In this document: positions 1 through 12,255 of the stretch, one piece after another | How positions within the stretch are numbered: the first letter of the stretch is position 1 | Layout: every line of letters starts with the position of its first letter | NCBI RefSeq assembly: GCF_001194135.2 | Contig: NC_068994.1 | Coordinates: 42,809,553 to 42,873,552, forward strand | DNA: 64,000 nt | Reading direction: 5' to 3' | From: Octopus bimaculoides | Lineage: Eukaryota | Translations under genes and position numbers: made by a program | Notes under the pieces: model-generated | The model's input: the letters and a program-made list of their open reading frames with translations, nothing else | Told to the model about the DNA's origin: nothing | Database searches by the model: none

Positions 1-84
1 GGACCAGTAGATCGCGTAGGTTGCGGGCGCGTTTGAAAGCGGATAGGGGTGGGTAGTGGGATCGAGCTGGAGGCGACGGAAGAT
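1..84 (-). mobile_element. Penelope-like retroelement fragment (RT to GIY-YIG linker), running off the window edge
   Basis: Minus-strand translation gives IFRRLQLDPTT, a frameshift, then PPLSAFKRARNLRDLLV. This matches the Penelope-like 'P..AF+R..NL+D.LV' linker motif. The stretch is CpG-rich relative to its flanks. Confidence 0.65.
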
Positions 85-303
85 ATACATATAGGGAGAA
101 TTCACAAAAAAAAAAGACAAAGACAGGTGGTATAGACAACAAATAGATGTATTAGTTTAATGCTCGGGAAGTGAAAAAGTCTTTAATGTTTCAAGCCTAT
201 GCTCTTCCACAGAAAGGAACACAGAAAGAAACAGGGAGAGAGAATAAAGAGAGAGAAAATAAAGAGAGAGAGAAAAAATATATATACACACACACACAGA
301 AAT

Positions 304-339
<36 letters not shown>

Positions 340-340
<1 letters not shown>

Positions 341-637
341 CTGTAGTCAAAATCTGGCTGGAGAGGGTTACTACTGGAAGGCAATATGGTTTGGCCCATT
401 GTCATATCTCCAGAAAGAGTTCGAAAATTTGTATGACTGCACCAGCCATGGATTACTATGTGCAAGGCAAAGTTGAGAAAGACACCAATCACTCTGCTTG
501 CAACACAGAGGCTAAGCTGGTGGCCAAAATCAAGGTGTTCAAAAGATCTTCCCAAGGATACAGTGAGAAATGCATGTGCCAGAATTCAGATCCATCTTGA
601 GGCCATGATAGAAGCTGATGGTGGCTACTTTGGGTAA
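340..637 (+). mobile_element. Tc1/mariner-superfamily transposase C-terminal remnant (maT/DD37D-like), frameshifted
   Basis: Two frames give PVVKIWLERVTTGRQY..., MDYYVQGKVEKDTNHSACNT and DLPKDTVRNACARIQIHLEAMIEADGGYFG*, the typical Tc1/mariner end 'RF..RLEA+IEA+GGY+E'. Confidence 0.8.
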
Positions 638-1040
638 ATTGTTATCTCCCAGTCATTATCTAAATATTTTTTATATTTAAAATAATTTTATTTTTGGGTG
701 GGATGTTGTGTTTTCTCTTGTTTCTGTGTTTCTTTCCCACCACAGCTCTAAAAAACATTTATGTGCATGTGTGCATACAGCCATGCATACACAATTATAT
801 ATGCATGTGGACATGTATGGATGTTCATTTTTGTGGGTATATAGTGATGTTTTGTATATAGTATGTGTGTGAATGTACATTCTGCTCACTCACAGCTTCA
901 GAGTTTGAATATGTGCAAGAATATGATTATGCATCGATAAGTAATTTGTTACAATTATATTCTCATTCACCATAATAAGAATGATTATCCATTCATGTAT
1001 ATGTATCTATATTTATACATAATTATATAGATATAAATAA

Positions 1041-1072
<32 letters not shown>

Positions 1073-2046
1073 NNNNNNNNNNNNNNNNNNNNNNNNNNNN
1101 NNNNNNNNNNNNNNNNNNNNNNNNNNNNNNNNNNNNNNNNNNNNNNNNNNNNNNNNNNNNNNNNNNNNNNNNNNNNNNNNNNNNNNNNNNNNNNNNNNNN
1201 NNNNNNNNNNNNNNNNNNNNNNNNNNNNNNNNNNNNNNNNNNNNNNNNNNNNNNNNNNNNNNNNNNNNNNNNNNNNNNNNNNNNNNNNNNNNNNNNNNNN
1301 NNNNNNNNNNNNNNNNNNNNNNNNNNNNNNNNNNNNNNNNNNNNNNNNNNNNNNNNNNNNNNNNNNNNNNNNNNNNNNNNNNNNNNNNNNNNNNNNNNNN
1401 NNNNNNNNNNNNNNNNNNNNNNNNNNNNNNNNNNNNNNNNNNNNNNNNNNNNNNNNNNNNNNNNNNNNNNNNNNNNNNNNNNNNNNNNNNNNNNNNNNNN
1501 NNNNNNNNNNNNNNNNNNNNNNNNNNNNNNNNNNNNNNNNNNNNNNNNNNNNNNNNNNNNNNNNNNNNNNNNNNNNNNNNNNNNNNNNNNNNNNNNNNNN
1601 NNNNNNNNNNNNNNNNNNNNNNNNNNNNNNNNNNNNNNNNNNNNNNNNNNNNNNNNNNNNNNNNNNNNNNNNNNNNNNNNNNNNNNNNNNNNNNNNNNNN
1701 NNNNNNNNNNNNNNNNNNNNNNNNNNNNNNNNNNNNNNNNNNNNNNNNNNNNNNNNNNNNNNNNNNNNNNNNNNNNNNNNNNNNNNNNNNNNNNNNNNNN
1801 NNNNNNNNNNNNNNNNNNNNNNNNNNNNNNNNNNNNNNNNNNNNNNNNNNNNNNNNNNNNNNNNNNNNNNNNNNNNNNNNNNNNNNNNNNNNNNNNNNNN
1901 NNNNNNNNNNNNNNNNNNNNNNNNNNNNNNNNNNNNNNNNNNNNNNNNNNNNNNNNNNNNNNNNNNNNNNNNNNNNNNNNNNNNNNNNNNNNNNNNNNNN
2001 NNNNNNNNNNNNNNNNNNNNNNNNNNNNNNNNNNNNNNNNNNNNNN
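1073..2046. other. Assembly gap (largest of 14)
   Basis: N runs at 1073-2046, 15238-15247, 19476-19648, 25134-25764, 29000-29099, 33009-33087, 33893-34516, 38056-38065, 38331-38777, 41255-41888, 42590-42826, 53616-53738, 59530-59677 and 62236-62245. Most abut simple repeats. Confidence 0.99.
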
Positions 2047-2093
<47 letters not shown>

Positions 2094-2944
2094 AGAGTGA
2101 GAAAGAGGGGCAGAGAAATGCATATATGTATATGTGTGTGAGTATGTTCATATATATATATATATATGTAGAGTGAGAAAGAGGGGAAGAGAAATGCATA
2201 TATATATATATATATATATATTTATTTCTGGTTTATATTATTGGTTTACATATATTTGATTTATCATTTGTGTGTGTGTGTATGTGCATGTATGTTTGTG
2301 TATATTTGTGTGCATGTGTATATGTGAGTATATATATATTTGCTTCTTATTTTATAAACATATATATATATGTGTGTGTGTGTGTGTCTGTGTGCATCTG
2401 TGTGTACATATATATATATGTGTGTGTGTGTGTGTGTATACTTATATATATGCATTTATATAATATTATTCACTGTGTATATATATATATATATATATAG
2501 ATATATATATATATATGCACACATAATATTATGTACAATATATTGATATATATAAACAATACAATTTATATATATATATATATATATATATACATACACA
2601 CATATATAAATGCAAATGCATATGTGTATGTATGCGAATATTTCTTCCCGAAAATGAGTCAAATATACGCCATCATTTTCAGTTTGAACCTGACCTTTTC
2701 TAAGGAAGGCTCTACAACAGAAAACTAAAGAGTAATAGTGCAAAAATAACACAAAAAAGTTACAATAAATCAGATATAAATACATATATAATAATCTTTA
2801 TGCTAGTAGCAACGATGTTGTTGTTCTTTTTGTTGTTCACATTAGAGAGGGTGGAGAATTTTTGTTACATGTAATTCCCTCTTTTGGAAATCTGCTATTT
2901 TCTCTAATTTATATATACATATATAATTATTATTCATATACAAG

Positions 2945-3003
2945 AATGTTGTTGACACTGACTACGAAGTTTCAGCCAGCTAAGACATCATTAGACAATG
3001 GCT
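2945..3003. repeat. Half copy of the small hairpin repeat family seen at 19022-19113
   Basis: aatgttgttgacactgactacgaagtttcagccagctaagacatcatt aligns to the reverse complement of the right arm of the 19 kb hairpin. Confidence 0.6.
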
Positions 3004-3112
3004 TATATAAAAGTATAGAGTAACCCATTAGAATAGGGTAAAATTGTTTATATTATAACTGAACATAAACATTAATATACATGCATATATATTTATGTAT
3101 ATATCTTCTATC

Positions 3113-3458
3113 CTTTACTTGTTTCAGTCATTTGACTGCAGCCATGCTGGAGCACCACCTCGAAGGGTTTTAGTCAAACAAATCAATCCCAGGACTTTTT
3201 TAAAGCCTGGTACTTATTCAGTCAGTCTCATTTGCCAAACCGCTAATTTACAGGGACAGAAACACACCAACACCAGTTGTCAAGCAGTGGTGGGGGACAA
3301 ATACAGAAAAAGACACACACATGCACATGACAGGCTTCTTTCAGTTTCCATCTGCCAAATCCACTCACAAGGCTATAGTAGAAGACTATAGTAGAAGATA
3401 CATGCTCAAGGTGCCACACAATGGGACTGAACCAAAAATCATGTGTTTGGGAAGCAGG
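3113..3458 (-). mobile_element. tRNA-derived SINE, family A (old copy)
   Basis: Reverse-complement match to the full-length copy at 49383-49800 (tail gactgaaacaagtaaa, body ccactcacaaggct). Confidence 0.8.
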
Positions 3459-3580
3459 GATATCTTGTGGTTTGGTTATTAATGACTTGAAACTTTGGGC
3501 AGAATCTCAATGTTGCAACAATACCAAATTCTGAATTATCTATAATTTTTCTTCTATTTTACATTTTCAGATTCACCTTA

Positions 3581-3801
3581 TCCTTTAGCATTTAAACTGT
3601 CCATATCTGGCCTAAATATCCCACTTGGTTTATGTTCAAGCTAAGCAGATCCAGTCTCTCACATCTACCCTGCAATGTCATTTTAAAAATAAATAATCAT
3701 ATCATAGAAATCTTGAAGCAATGAAATAAAACATGATTTGTTCAAAATAATGTGAAGAAAATAAGCATTACATTTGACAGAATAATATGAATGCTAAAGG
3801 G
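3581..3801. mobile_element. piggyBac-type MITE (about 220 bp)
   Basis: Ends tta|tCCTTTAGCATT ... AATGCTAAAGGG|ttac: inverted termini with degenerate TTAA target sites. Confidence 0.75.
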
Positions 3802-4193
3802 TTACTGTTCTAGCCATGGACATCAATTTGATAAGGCAAGCCACATAATAGCTACTTGACTGATTTCAATTTTTGTCAAATCTTCTTGAAATCTCACCCG
3901 TGGAAGAGACTTGGAAGTGGGAAAAGATTTATGAAATGATGTAGTTCTAGAAACTACTAAAATTATAGGATAGTCATGATTGAAATACCTCCAATAATCA
4001 GAGCAGATGTGGTGTCAAGCAGTAACTAGAACAATCATTACAAGTTTTTATATTTACATATACAGGTATGTTGATGCAAACAGGAAAAATGGTACTCAAA
4101 ATATGAGTATATGTGTATTTTTGGTAATGCAAAAAGTTCCCGAACCTTCAGTCACTTTGTTACTTTTGCTAAATACTAATAATAAATACATAC

Positions 4194-4264
<71 letters not shown>

Positions 4265-4514
4265 TGGATAGATAGATAGATACATACATACATACATACA
4301 TACATACATACATACACACACACACATAAATACATACATGCATACATACATACATACGTATACAGTCATTTAAAAAATTTTTAATATGCATAGTCATACA
4401 GATCCCACTGCAGGAACCTGCTTTGCTTCTCTCTTCCATAGTAATTCCTTCATCCCCTAGCATGAAGCTGACCCCCATCTACTCAGGGACTCCTAGTCCT
4501 GTGAACTATATGGC

Positions 4515-4685
4515 AGCCTCTGTGGTGCAGATGGCATGAAAAATTGCATCCAGTCCATGCTATAAAGTGGTTGGCGTTAGGAAACCATGCAGAAACAGTC
4601 ATTGGAGCACAATGCAGTCCTTCAACACAGCCAGACTGTTCAACCCATGTCAACATGGAACATGAACATTAAATGATAACGATGG
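4515..4685 (+). mobile_element. SINE/RTE-tail repeat family (gttggcgttaggaa...catcca type)
   Basis: Shares motifs with copies near 13900, 16690-16880, 19250-19440, 19770-19890, 37590-37830 and 60050-60240. Confidence 0.65.
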
Positions 4686-4734
4686 TGAAAATGATGAAGA
4701 TAATGATGACGATGATCTTTAAAGTGTGTCTATG

Positions 4735-5075
4735 TAGCTAGCAACGTTGCTTTGCAGCCATATGGTCTTGAGTTCAGTCCCACTGTGTGGAACCTTGAAG
4801 AAGTATCTTCTACCATAACCCTTGGCTGACCAAAGACTTGTAAGTGGGGTTGGTAGACAGAAACTGAAAGCATCCTGTTGTAGTCATTTATGTGTGCGTG
4901 TGTGTCTGTGTATTGATCTGTATTTATCCCTTTGTTTTTGTGTTGCACTTATCTCTCACCACTGCTTCACAAATGATGTTGGTTTGTTTACATTCCTATA
5001 GATTAGTAGTTCAGTAAAAGAGAAGTGATAGAATAAGCACCAACATGACCACTGTCCAATGACTGAAACAAATAA
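4735..5075 (+). mobile_element. tRNA-derived SINE, family A (degenerate)
   Basis: B-box-like gagttcagtcccact, body ccaaagacttgtaagtgg, tail gactgaaacaaataa. Confidence 0.75.
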
Positions 5076-6479
5076 ATGATAAAAGAAAGACGCACATACA
5101 ATACATACAGGGTTTTCAACAAGAATTATTCACCCTATTCCATGCTGTACATAAGAATTTTACATGATAGCATCTGCAGCGTAATTGGCACCTCTGAAAT
5201 ATCTGATCTTTACTTATTTGCAGCTTTTGAATTTGTCAGTATTCACTATCTGAGGAATGTCTACAAAGTCTACACCTTCTTATCGATAAGGCCAATGCAA
5301 TTACCATCATCATCATCATGATCATCATCATCATCATCAGCAGCAGCAGCAGCATCACCTCCACCATCATCATCGTCATCATTATTGTCATCATTTTTCA
5401 CGTCCTTGTTGTCACAATCATATCATCATCATCATCATCATCATCTCCTACCCTATTCTTTTTAACTCAAGTTTTCTCCTGTATGCCAGTAGCTACAGAT
5501 AACTACCAGAATGAATTATAATCAAAATAAGCAAAACAGAGATTAAAGAACGAGGTACTTTTAGAAAAGTCGCTTGATGAGGCACATCTCCACTGAATGA
5601 TGCACCACAACTATTTATACAACTTCTCACTCACGAGGGACCAATGCATGACGGATCAAAATGATTGTAGGGATTAATAAAGTATCACGTGAATTCCATT
5701 TTCTTCCTCTTTTCTCTCTTATATTATTCTATTTTTCTGTACAATGGACAGGCTTACAAAACTGAATTTCTTGATACAGATTGATCTTAGAAAAATGTTT
5801 TCAATGAACCACACAATATTCCACAAGTTGGACCAAAACACATCCTATCATCTTAAAAAAATTTGCATCTGGTACTACGTTGGATAACAGGTTTAGATAC
5901 ATGCTGACAAAGCAAAAAAAAAAAAAAGTATGTTTCACAACTGTAAGGCTTTTGAACAAAGACCTACTCCATTGGAGGCTGTTGAAATGAGAATGGTATT
6001 TAAACAACAAAAATAACAACAAGAGCAGGTATCAACCCATCGCACATTACATTTAATTCTAGGATACAATAACAGGGCTTGTTTTGAAAGTGTTCATATT
6101 TGTTCCTGTTTAAATAAAAAAAACTTTCTATTGATGAGTTTATGTAAGAGCCTTTTGTTCAGTTACATTTTCAAACACCAACCTTAATAAGAATAAAGTT
6201 AGCTGTTTTACAAAATCCTTTCAAAATATTGATTATTTTCATAATTAATTCAAACAGAGAGCCAGGCTTATTTTGTCTGAAATATGTTCATAAAAGGGTT
6301 GCAAAAAAAAAATGCAGATATTGCTGCAGATGACACATACAATGCACACACACTCACTTGCTCACTCACACACATGCACACACATACACTCACACGCTCA
6401 TACACATACATTAATATATACATGTATACATATATATGTTTCTATATACATATATACAAAAATATACATATATATATAC

Positions 6480-6532
<53 letters not shown>

Positions 6533-6758
6533 CATATATATGTATATATATATATATATACGTATATATATATACATATATATAGGTATACGTATATACA
6601 TATATATACATATATACGTATATATATACATACATACACACACATATATATATATATATAAACTATGGCTGGATTCTGAAGGATTGCTCATAGCAAGAAG
6701 AACTGAGATGTAACAGAATGAATTAACAATTTTAAATGAATAAATATACACTACTATA

Positions 6759-7635
6759 CAAGGTGCATTCCAGAAGGTTTGAGACTTTTTCAGGAGAGCC
6801 ATTTATTAATTTCAAAGAAGTACAGAACTCTAATCTCCTTGAAAGTTGGATCCTCTGACTTCAATGCACTTGTTGTAGTGCTCCATCCACTTCGTGAAGG
6901 CTCCATGGAAGTCCTCCAAAGTGAAGATGTCCAGGACCCTTGTCACAGCCTTCTTCATTGTCTCCTTCAGCTTTGAAGACAGCCAAAAGTCACAGGAAGC
7001 AAGGTCTGGACAGTAGGGTGGATGAGGGACAGTTTTGGTGTCCATCTCTGTCAAGTGGTTGGTTACCAGGATGGAATTGTGGACTGGTGTATTGCGCTGG
7101 TTTAAGTGCTCAGGCCTTTTGCAATTGAAATCTCTTCCTGAACTCCCTCAAAAACTCCACAAAGTACTCTGTTCACTGTCCAGCCAGAGGGAACCCGGTG
7201 GATGTAGAATGATGCCTTTGCTGTTGAAAAAGGGAATCATCTTGAGCTTCCTAGGGGGCTTGCTTTGCTTGGCTGATTTGTGCCAGCAAAAACAGACGCT
7301 CAGCTCATACAAGTTAATCCATAAGCTGTCTGGAATATTTCATTAGTTTCTGTAATGTTTTTTTTCCAGTTTAACACAAAACTTTATTGAATGGTGAGCT
7401 TCCAGATTGTCTTCATGTCCCAACTGCATTCTTCAAACTAGTCAGCTGTGGCAAGCAGTTTTTTAGTAGGGTATGTTCAAAGTGCTGTTAGAGCCATCTC
7501 CTTCAATCTGGAATAACAAAAATTGGCAGGTCAGCTTGTTAGATGTATAGTAATGAAATAGTAAAATTACAATAATCTAGAACATTTATAACTATCTCAC
7601 TGAAAGGAGTCTCAAATCTTTTGAAATGCACCTCA
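6759..7635 (-). mobile_element. Internally deleted mariner element with both TIRs and TA target duplication
   Basis: TA|CAAGGTGCATTCCAGAAGGTTTGAGACT on the left and its inverted copy ending 7635|TA (25/30 identical including the TA). Remnant peptides MIPFFNSKGII, REFRKRF and KTVPHPPYCPDLASCDFWL...YNKCIEVRGSNFQGD. Confidence 0.9.
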
Positions 7636-7841
7636 TATGTATTACATATTCTTTCCTTAATTTGTACACCTAATGATATATAAGCATGCATGCATATATG
7701 TATATACATATGTATTCATATATACTTATGTATATAACTGTATATACATATACATATATACATACATATACATATATATATATTTATGTATATATATATG
7801 TGTGTGTGTATACATATATGCACGCACATATATATATATAT

Positions 7842-7924
<83 letters not shown>

Positions 7925-8229
7925 TAAACATACATGCATGCAAACATGCACACACATATACATGTGCATACAAACACACACACACACACACGTATATATT
8001 CTACCGAAAAACTGCTTTTTGCGCAAATTTTTAATCAGGCTCCAGCAGAGGGCAATTTGGTCTTTAGCATAAAGTAGGATTGTAAAGTTGAAGACCTCTT
8101 CAAAAGAAGACATTATCATCACCGCCACCATCACAATCACCATTAACATTCTCAATAATTCTTTATTTGTATAAATATATTCATCATTTGAAAATTTGTC
8201 AGACCAAAACTCCACTTGATCTTCTAGAG

Positions 8230-8479
8230 CAATGGTTCTCAACCGGGGTCCACAAGACCCTTAGAGGCCCATGTAAGATTTTGCTGTTAAAATTTATGAG
8301 CAATGAATTGGTTGTACTTCTACAACACAAAATATTTCAGTTATTTTTTATGCAATTCCTAATAGTATTTAATTATAAAACTACAATGGGACATTTTAAA
8401 CATCAAATTTCTATGGGAATCCAGTTGAGTGAAATATGGATCAAAGGAGCCCCATGGATAAAAAATGGTTGAAAAAATG
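8230..8479. mobile_element. hAT (Charlie/Buster-like) MITE 1
   Basis: TIR CAATGGTTCTCAACC ... GGTTGAAAAAATG, flanked by identical 8-bp TTCTAGAG (8222-8229, 8480-8487). Confidence 0.85.
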
Positions 8480-8487
8480 TTCTAGAG

Positions 8488-8668
8488 CAGTCCCCTACAA
8501 CTGGTATGCTGCAGCACACTGGTGTTACACGTGATGATACTAGGTGTGCTGCAGTTTAACTTGAATATAATTTTTCCCCCATATTTCAAGTTTTATTTCT
8601 AGTTCAGGTGTGCCACTGAATTTTTGAAAAGAAGTGTACCACAAGTGAAAAAAGGTTGCAGAGCACCG
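8488..8668. mobile_element. hAT (Charlie/Buster-like) MITE 2
   Basis: Degenerate TIRs CAGTCCCCTACAACT ... GGTTGCAGAGCACCG (10/15 match), flanked by TTCTAGAG at 8480-8487 and 8669-8676. Confidence 0.75.
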
Positions 8669-8957
8669 TTCTAGAGTCTTAGCACCACTGCTTTCCAATG
8701 GTTTGTCTGCTTTAAAGCTTTATCCCAATCATGTTGTTTCAAAATCCATTGGATTTTCTTCTCAAACTTTTGCTGGCTTGTGCAAAGTTTTCTATCATGG
8801 CTACAGATTTTTTTTTATTTTTAATACATCATTTTTTTCCCCACTTCAGTAGGGTAGGAAGGAAAATATTTGTTCAATAGGAAACGTCTAACTATGAGAC
8901 ATCTTATCCCTAAGCAACATTAAGATGCTTTATTACTAAAGCACTTGTAAAAATGAA

Positions 8958-9154
8958 CCCATTTGTTACCATATTTCTGTTGAGATGTACTGTTTACTTC
9001 AATTAATTTTGGATATAATGAAGAATTTAGTAAAATCATTTTCATGCTAGTGGTAGGAATGTAAATTAAGACTAAGTTTTGGTGGAACTTTTCAAAACAA
9101 TACAGTTGTACTTGAGAACTGGAGGCAATCTCAAGCGGGTTGGTATCAATAGGG
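8958..9154. mobile_element. piggyBac-type MITE, second family
   Basis: tgaa|CCCATTTGTTACCA ... TGGTATCAATAGGG|TTAA. Confidence 0.7.
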
Positions 9155-9507
9155 TTAAAAGAGCCCCTAAAAGGTTAATTATTTTTATTGCTTTTCATCT
9201 AATTTTTAACTATGTTTAATAAAATTCTCCAACCAATATCCAGCATGCTTCCTCTGTACATTGCAACTTCTATGATCATAATTCTTAATTCCCACTTCAC
9301 TCCTTGTATGAACTAAAAGGAGTTATGGGGAGCACTAAGTTTTGCCCCACAGGTTGATGGACCAAAGTAGTATAGCAACTCTACCATTTATATTATTATA
9401 TGATGAAACACCACACATCCATTTCCAAGTATGTATATATATGTGTGTGTGTGTGTGTGTTATCTGAAAAGTATAGTATTAAATATCCATCATGGCTGAT
9501 CTTACCA

Positions 9508-10075
9508 ATTGTCACATTGCCTTCTGTGCATCCATGCTTATAGTTGGTACTATTGTGGTCACATGATCAAAGTTTGAGCCTGATCATGCCATTTTTCTTT
9601 CTGGCCTTACAGTGTAAGCATGGCCACTCCACTAGCAATGTGCACCAAAGAAGAACAAAGAGCAGTGATCAAAGAGATGGTAATAGTGAACCGGTTCACC
9701 ATCACCAACTCTCAAACTTGCTGAATCTTCTTGTCAGTGGTGGAGATTGATGGGCATCCTGCTCCCTCTTTGTGCGTCATGCTTGTCCAGCCACTTTTAA
9801 ACTTCTCGATCCTCTCATACATACTTCTATGCTGTAGTGAGCTGTGCCACTATTGTGCTAAAAGCCTCTGATGAATTTCAGTACCTGACACATCTTCTGA
9901 CCAGAGAAATCAGATCAGTGCTCTTTGTTCTTCTTTAATACACATTGCTAATGAAGTAACCATGCTTACACAATAAAGCCAGAATGAAAAATGATGTGAT
10001 CAGGCTCAAACTTCGATCACATGACCACAATAGTAGCAACTATAAGCACACATGCGAAGAAGGCAGCGTGACAAT
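9508..10075. mobile_element. Non-autonomous element with about 100-bp inverted arms (probably Tc1/mariner-derived)
   Basis: Arms 9508-9609 and 9974-10075 are reverse complements (gcttatagttg.tactattgtggtca..tgatc.aagtttgagcctgatca). The superfamily is inferred. Confidence 0.75.
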
Positions 10076-10629
10076 AATAGAGATATGTTATAGCAGAAGT
10101 ACACATAATTGTTGACTTCCCCTCATAAGCAGGTCATCTAATTTGCACAACATTTCATTCTCCAACAAAGTGAATTAATCAATTACTTAATTGTATAATA
10201 TACAGCATGTTCGGTTGGAGCGTGAGAGTTATCTAAAATGCCATTTGTACTTTTTTGAAATAAACTTACATCTTTACAATTACATACACTATAAAAGGCC
10301 ATGAGCTACTAACATCTCTATGGATGAAAGTTGGTTACACCTTCCTTAATGATGGTCTAACATTAGATACTAGTTCATTGATGCCATTTCTTCTACGCTC
10401 AAAGAGAGAAAAATTGTTTTTTCTTTTGCATCTTTCATTATTTTCTCCAAGACTCTTTCTCTTTGTCCCCCCCCCCCCTGTCATACTCAACATTGTTCAC
10501 TGTTGACTGCAATATATGTTTAATACAAAAACTTATACTTGATATTTTAAATTACTATGTTGTACACTTTGAATTATTATTATGTTGTTGCTGTTGCTGC
10601 CAATACTGTTGCGGTTGCTGTTGTTATTG

Positions 10630-10664
<35 letters not shown>

Positions 10665-10922
10665 GTCATTAAGCCGATAATTGCTAATTTAATTAGCAGG
10701 AATTTTATCATAAGGTTTGGTGACAACAAATCTCCTCAAATCTTGAGAAAATTTTCTTAGGATTCTTTTACAATACAGGATGGTACTTTTCTGCAGGTCA
10801 ACAAAGAGAGTTTCAATTCCAATCTTTTTCAGTCTTTCAGATAGCATTTTGGGTGTTGTGCTAATCGCATTAATTACCACAGGAATAATTATTCCCTTAA
10901 TCTTCCACAGTCTCTTATTTAT
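10665..10922 (-). mobile_element. 5'-truncated R4/Dong-like (RLE) LINE tail inside a (TAA)n tract
   Basis: RLWKIKGIIIPVVINAISTTPK...LQKSTILYCKRILRKF matches the RLE C-terminus 'IP+V+GALG...LQK..+L.T.RILR'. Both flanks are (AAT)n. Confidence 0.8.
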
Positions 10923-10937
10923 CATTATTATTATTAC

Positions 10938-10975
<38 letters not shown>

Positions 10976-11410
10976 GTATTATCATCATTGTCATTATAAC
11001 TATTATTATTATTATTATTATTATTATTTTCTTTTCTTTTGGTTTTGGAAGGAAGACAGCGCTCATAACCTGTCACAAAATGGCAGTGATCAGTGGTAGT
11101 GTGGAAGAAAGGTAGTCTTAACCTTTTCACTGCAAAATTAAATATTATGGCTATTCCAATAATGACGTTAAATATCTACCGAAAAAAAAAAAAAAATAGT
11201 ATTGGTATTTTCTGCAAGTCATATTGCCAAAATAACTGTGATGTATTTCAACAGAAAATTGTTTCAGACATGACATTCCTCAACAAAAGACAGATTGCTT
11301 TATAAAACTAATTTCTGCAGTGAAGGATAATGATATTTTAAGTGATTATATCTGCTTTCTGCAATAAAAGGCATAAACTGGAGACCTGGCTGGAATGTCT
11401 GGAATATACA

Positions 11411-11800
11411 GGCACAGGCATAGCTGTGTGGTAAGAAGCTTGCTTCTCAATTACATGGTTCTGGGTTCAGTCTCATTGCATGGCATCTTGGGCAAGCGTC
11501 TTCTAATATAGCCTTCAGCTGACCAAAGCCTTGTGAATGTATTTGGTAGATGGAAACTAAAAGAGGCTTCATTGTGTGTGTGTGTGTGTGTGTCTGTTCT
11601 TGTCCACCATCACCACTTGACAACCAGTATCGGTCTGTTTACATCCTTGTAATTTAGTATTTCAGTAAAAGAGATTGACAGGATATGTACTGGGCACTTA
11701 AAAACATAAAAAAAATGTACTAGAGTTTATTTGTTTGACTAAAAATTCCTCAAGGTGGTGCTCCAGCATGGACACCACCTAATGACTGAAAGAAGTAAGA
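11411..11800 (+). mobile_element. tRNA-derived SINE, family A, near full length
   Basis: Head ggcacaggcatagctgtgtggtaagaagc, B-box gggttcagtctc, internal (GT)n and tail. Confidence 0.85.
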
Positions 11801-11830
11801 CCAAACATAAACAAAGTAGATACATATATA

Positions 11831-11988
11831 CGATGGGTTTCTTTCAGTTTCCGTCTACCAAATCCACTCACAAGGCTTTGGTCGGCCCGAGGCTATAGTA
11901 GAAGACACTTGCCTCAGGTGCCACGCTGTGGGACTGAACCTGGAACCATGTGGTTGGTAAGCAAGCTACTTACCACACAGCCACTCCT
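11831..11988 (-). mobile_element. tRNA-derived SINE, family A, young 5' half
   Basis: Close reverse-complement match to 49385-49545 with CpGs retained. Confidence 0.9.
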
Positions 11989-12207
11989 ATTTCTGTGTTA
12001 CAATGAAATTGTATATTTGCATACAGCTAGTCTCAAGCTCAGCAGTATAGTCTCAGAAGACTGAATCAGTAACATTTATCATAAAAGCTCTAAATAAATG
12101 CATTTTATATTTTACATTCTCTCTTTCTCAAATATCTTTCTGTATATTAAAATCATGTATTTATAAAACAAAAACAAAAAAATAGCCTATCAATTAATTG
12201 TTAACCT

Positions 12208-12255
<48 letters not shown>

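Noticed and set aside
199-600. 133-aa ORF as a host gene
   Set aside because: It is a fusion of a (GA)n tract with a frameshifted Tc1/mariner remnant.
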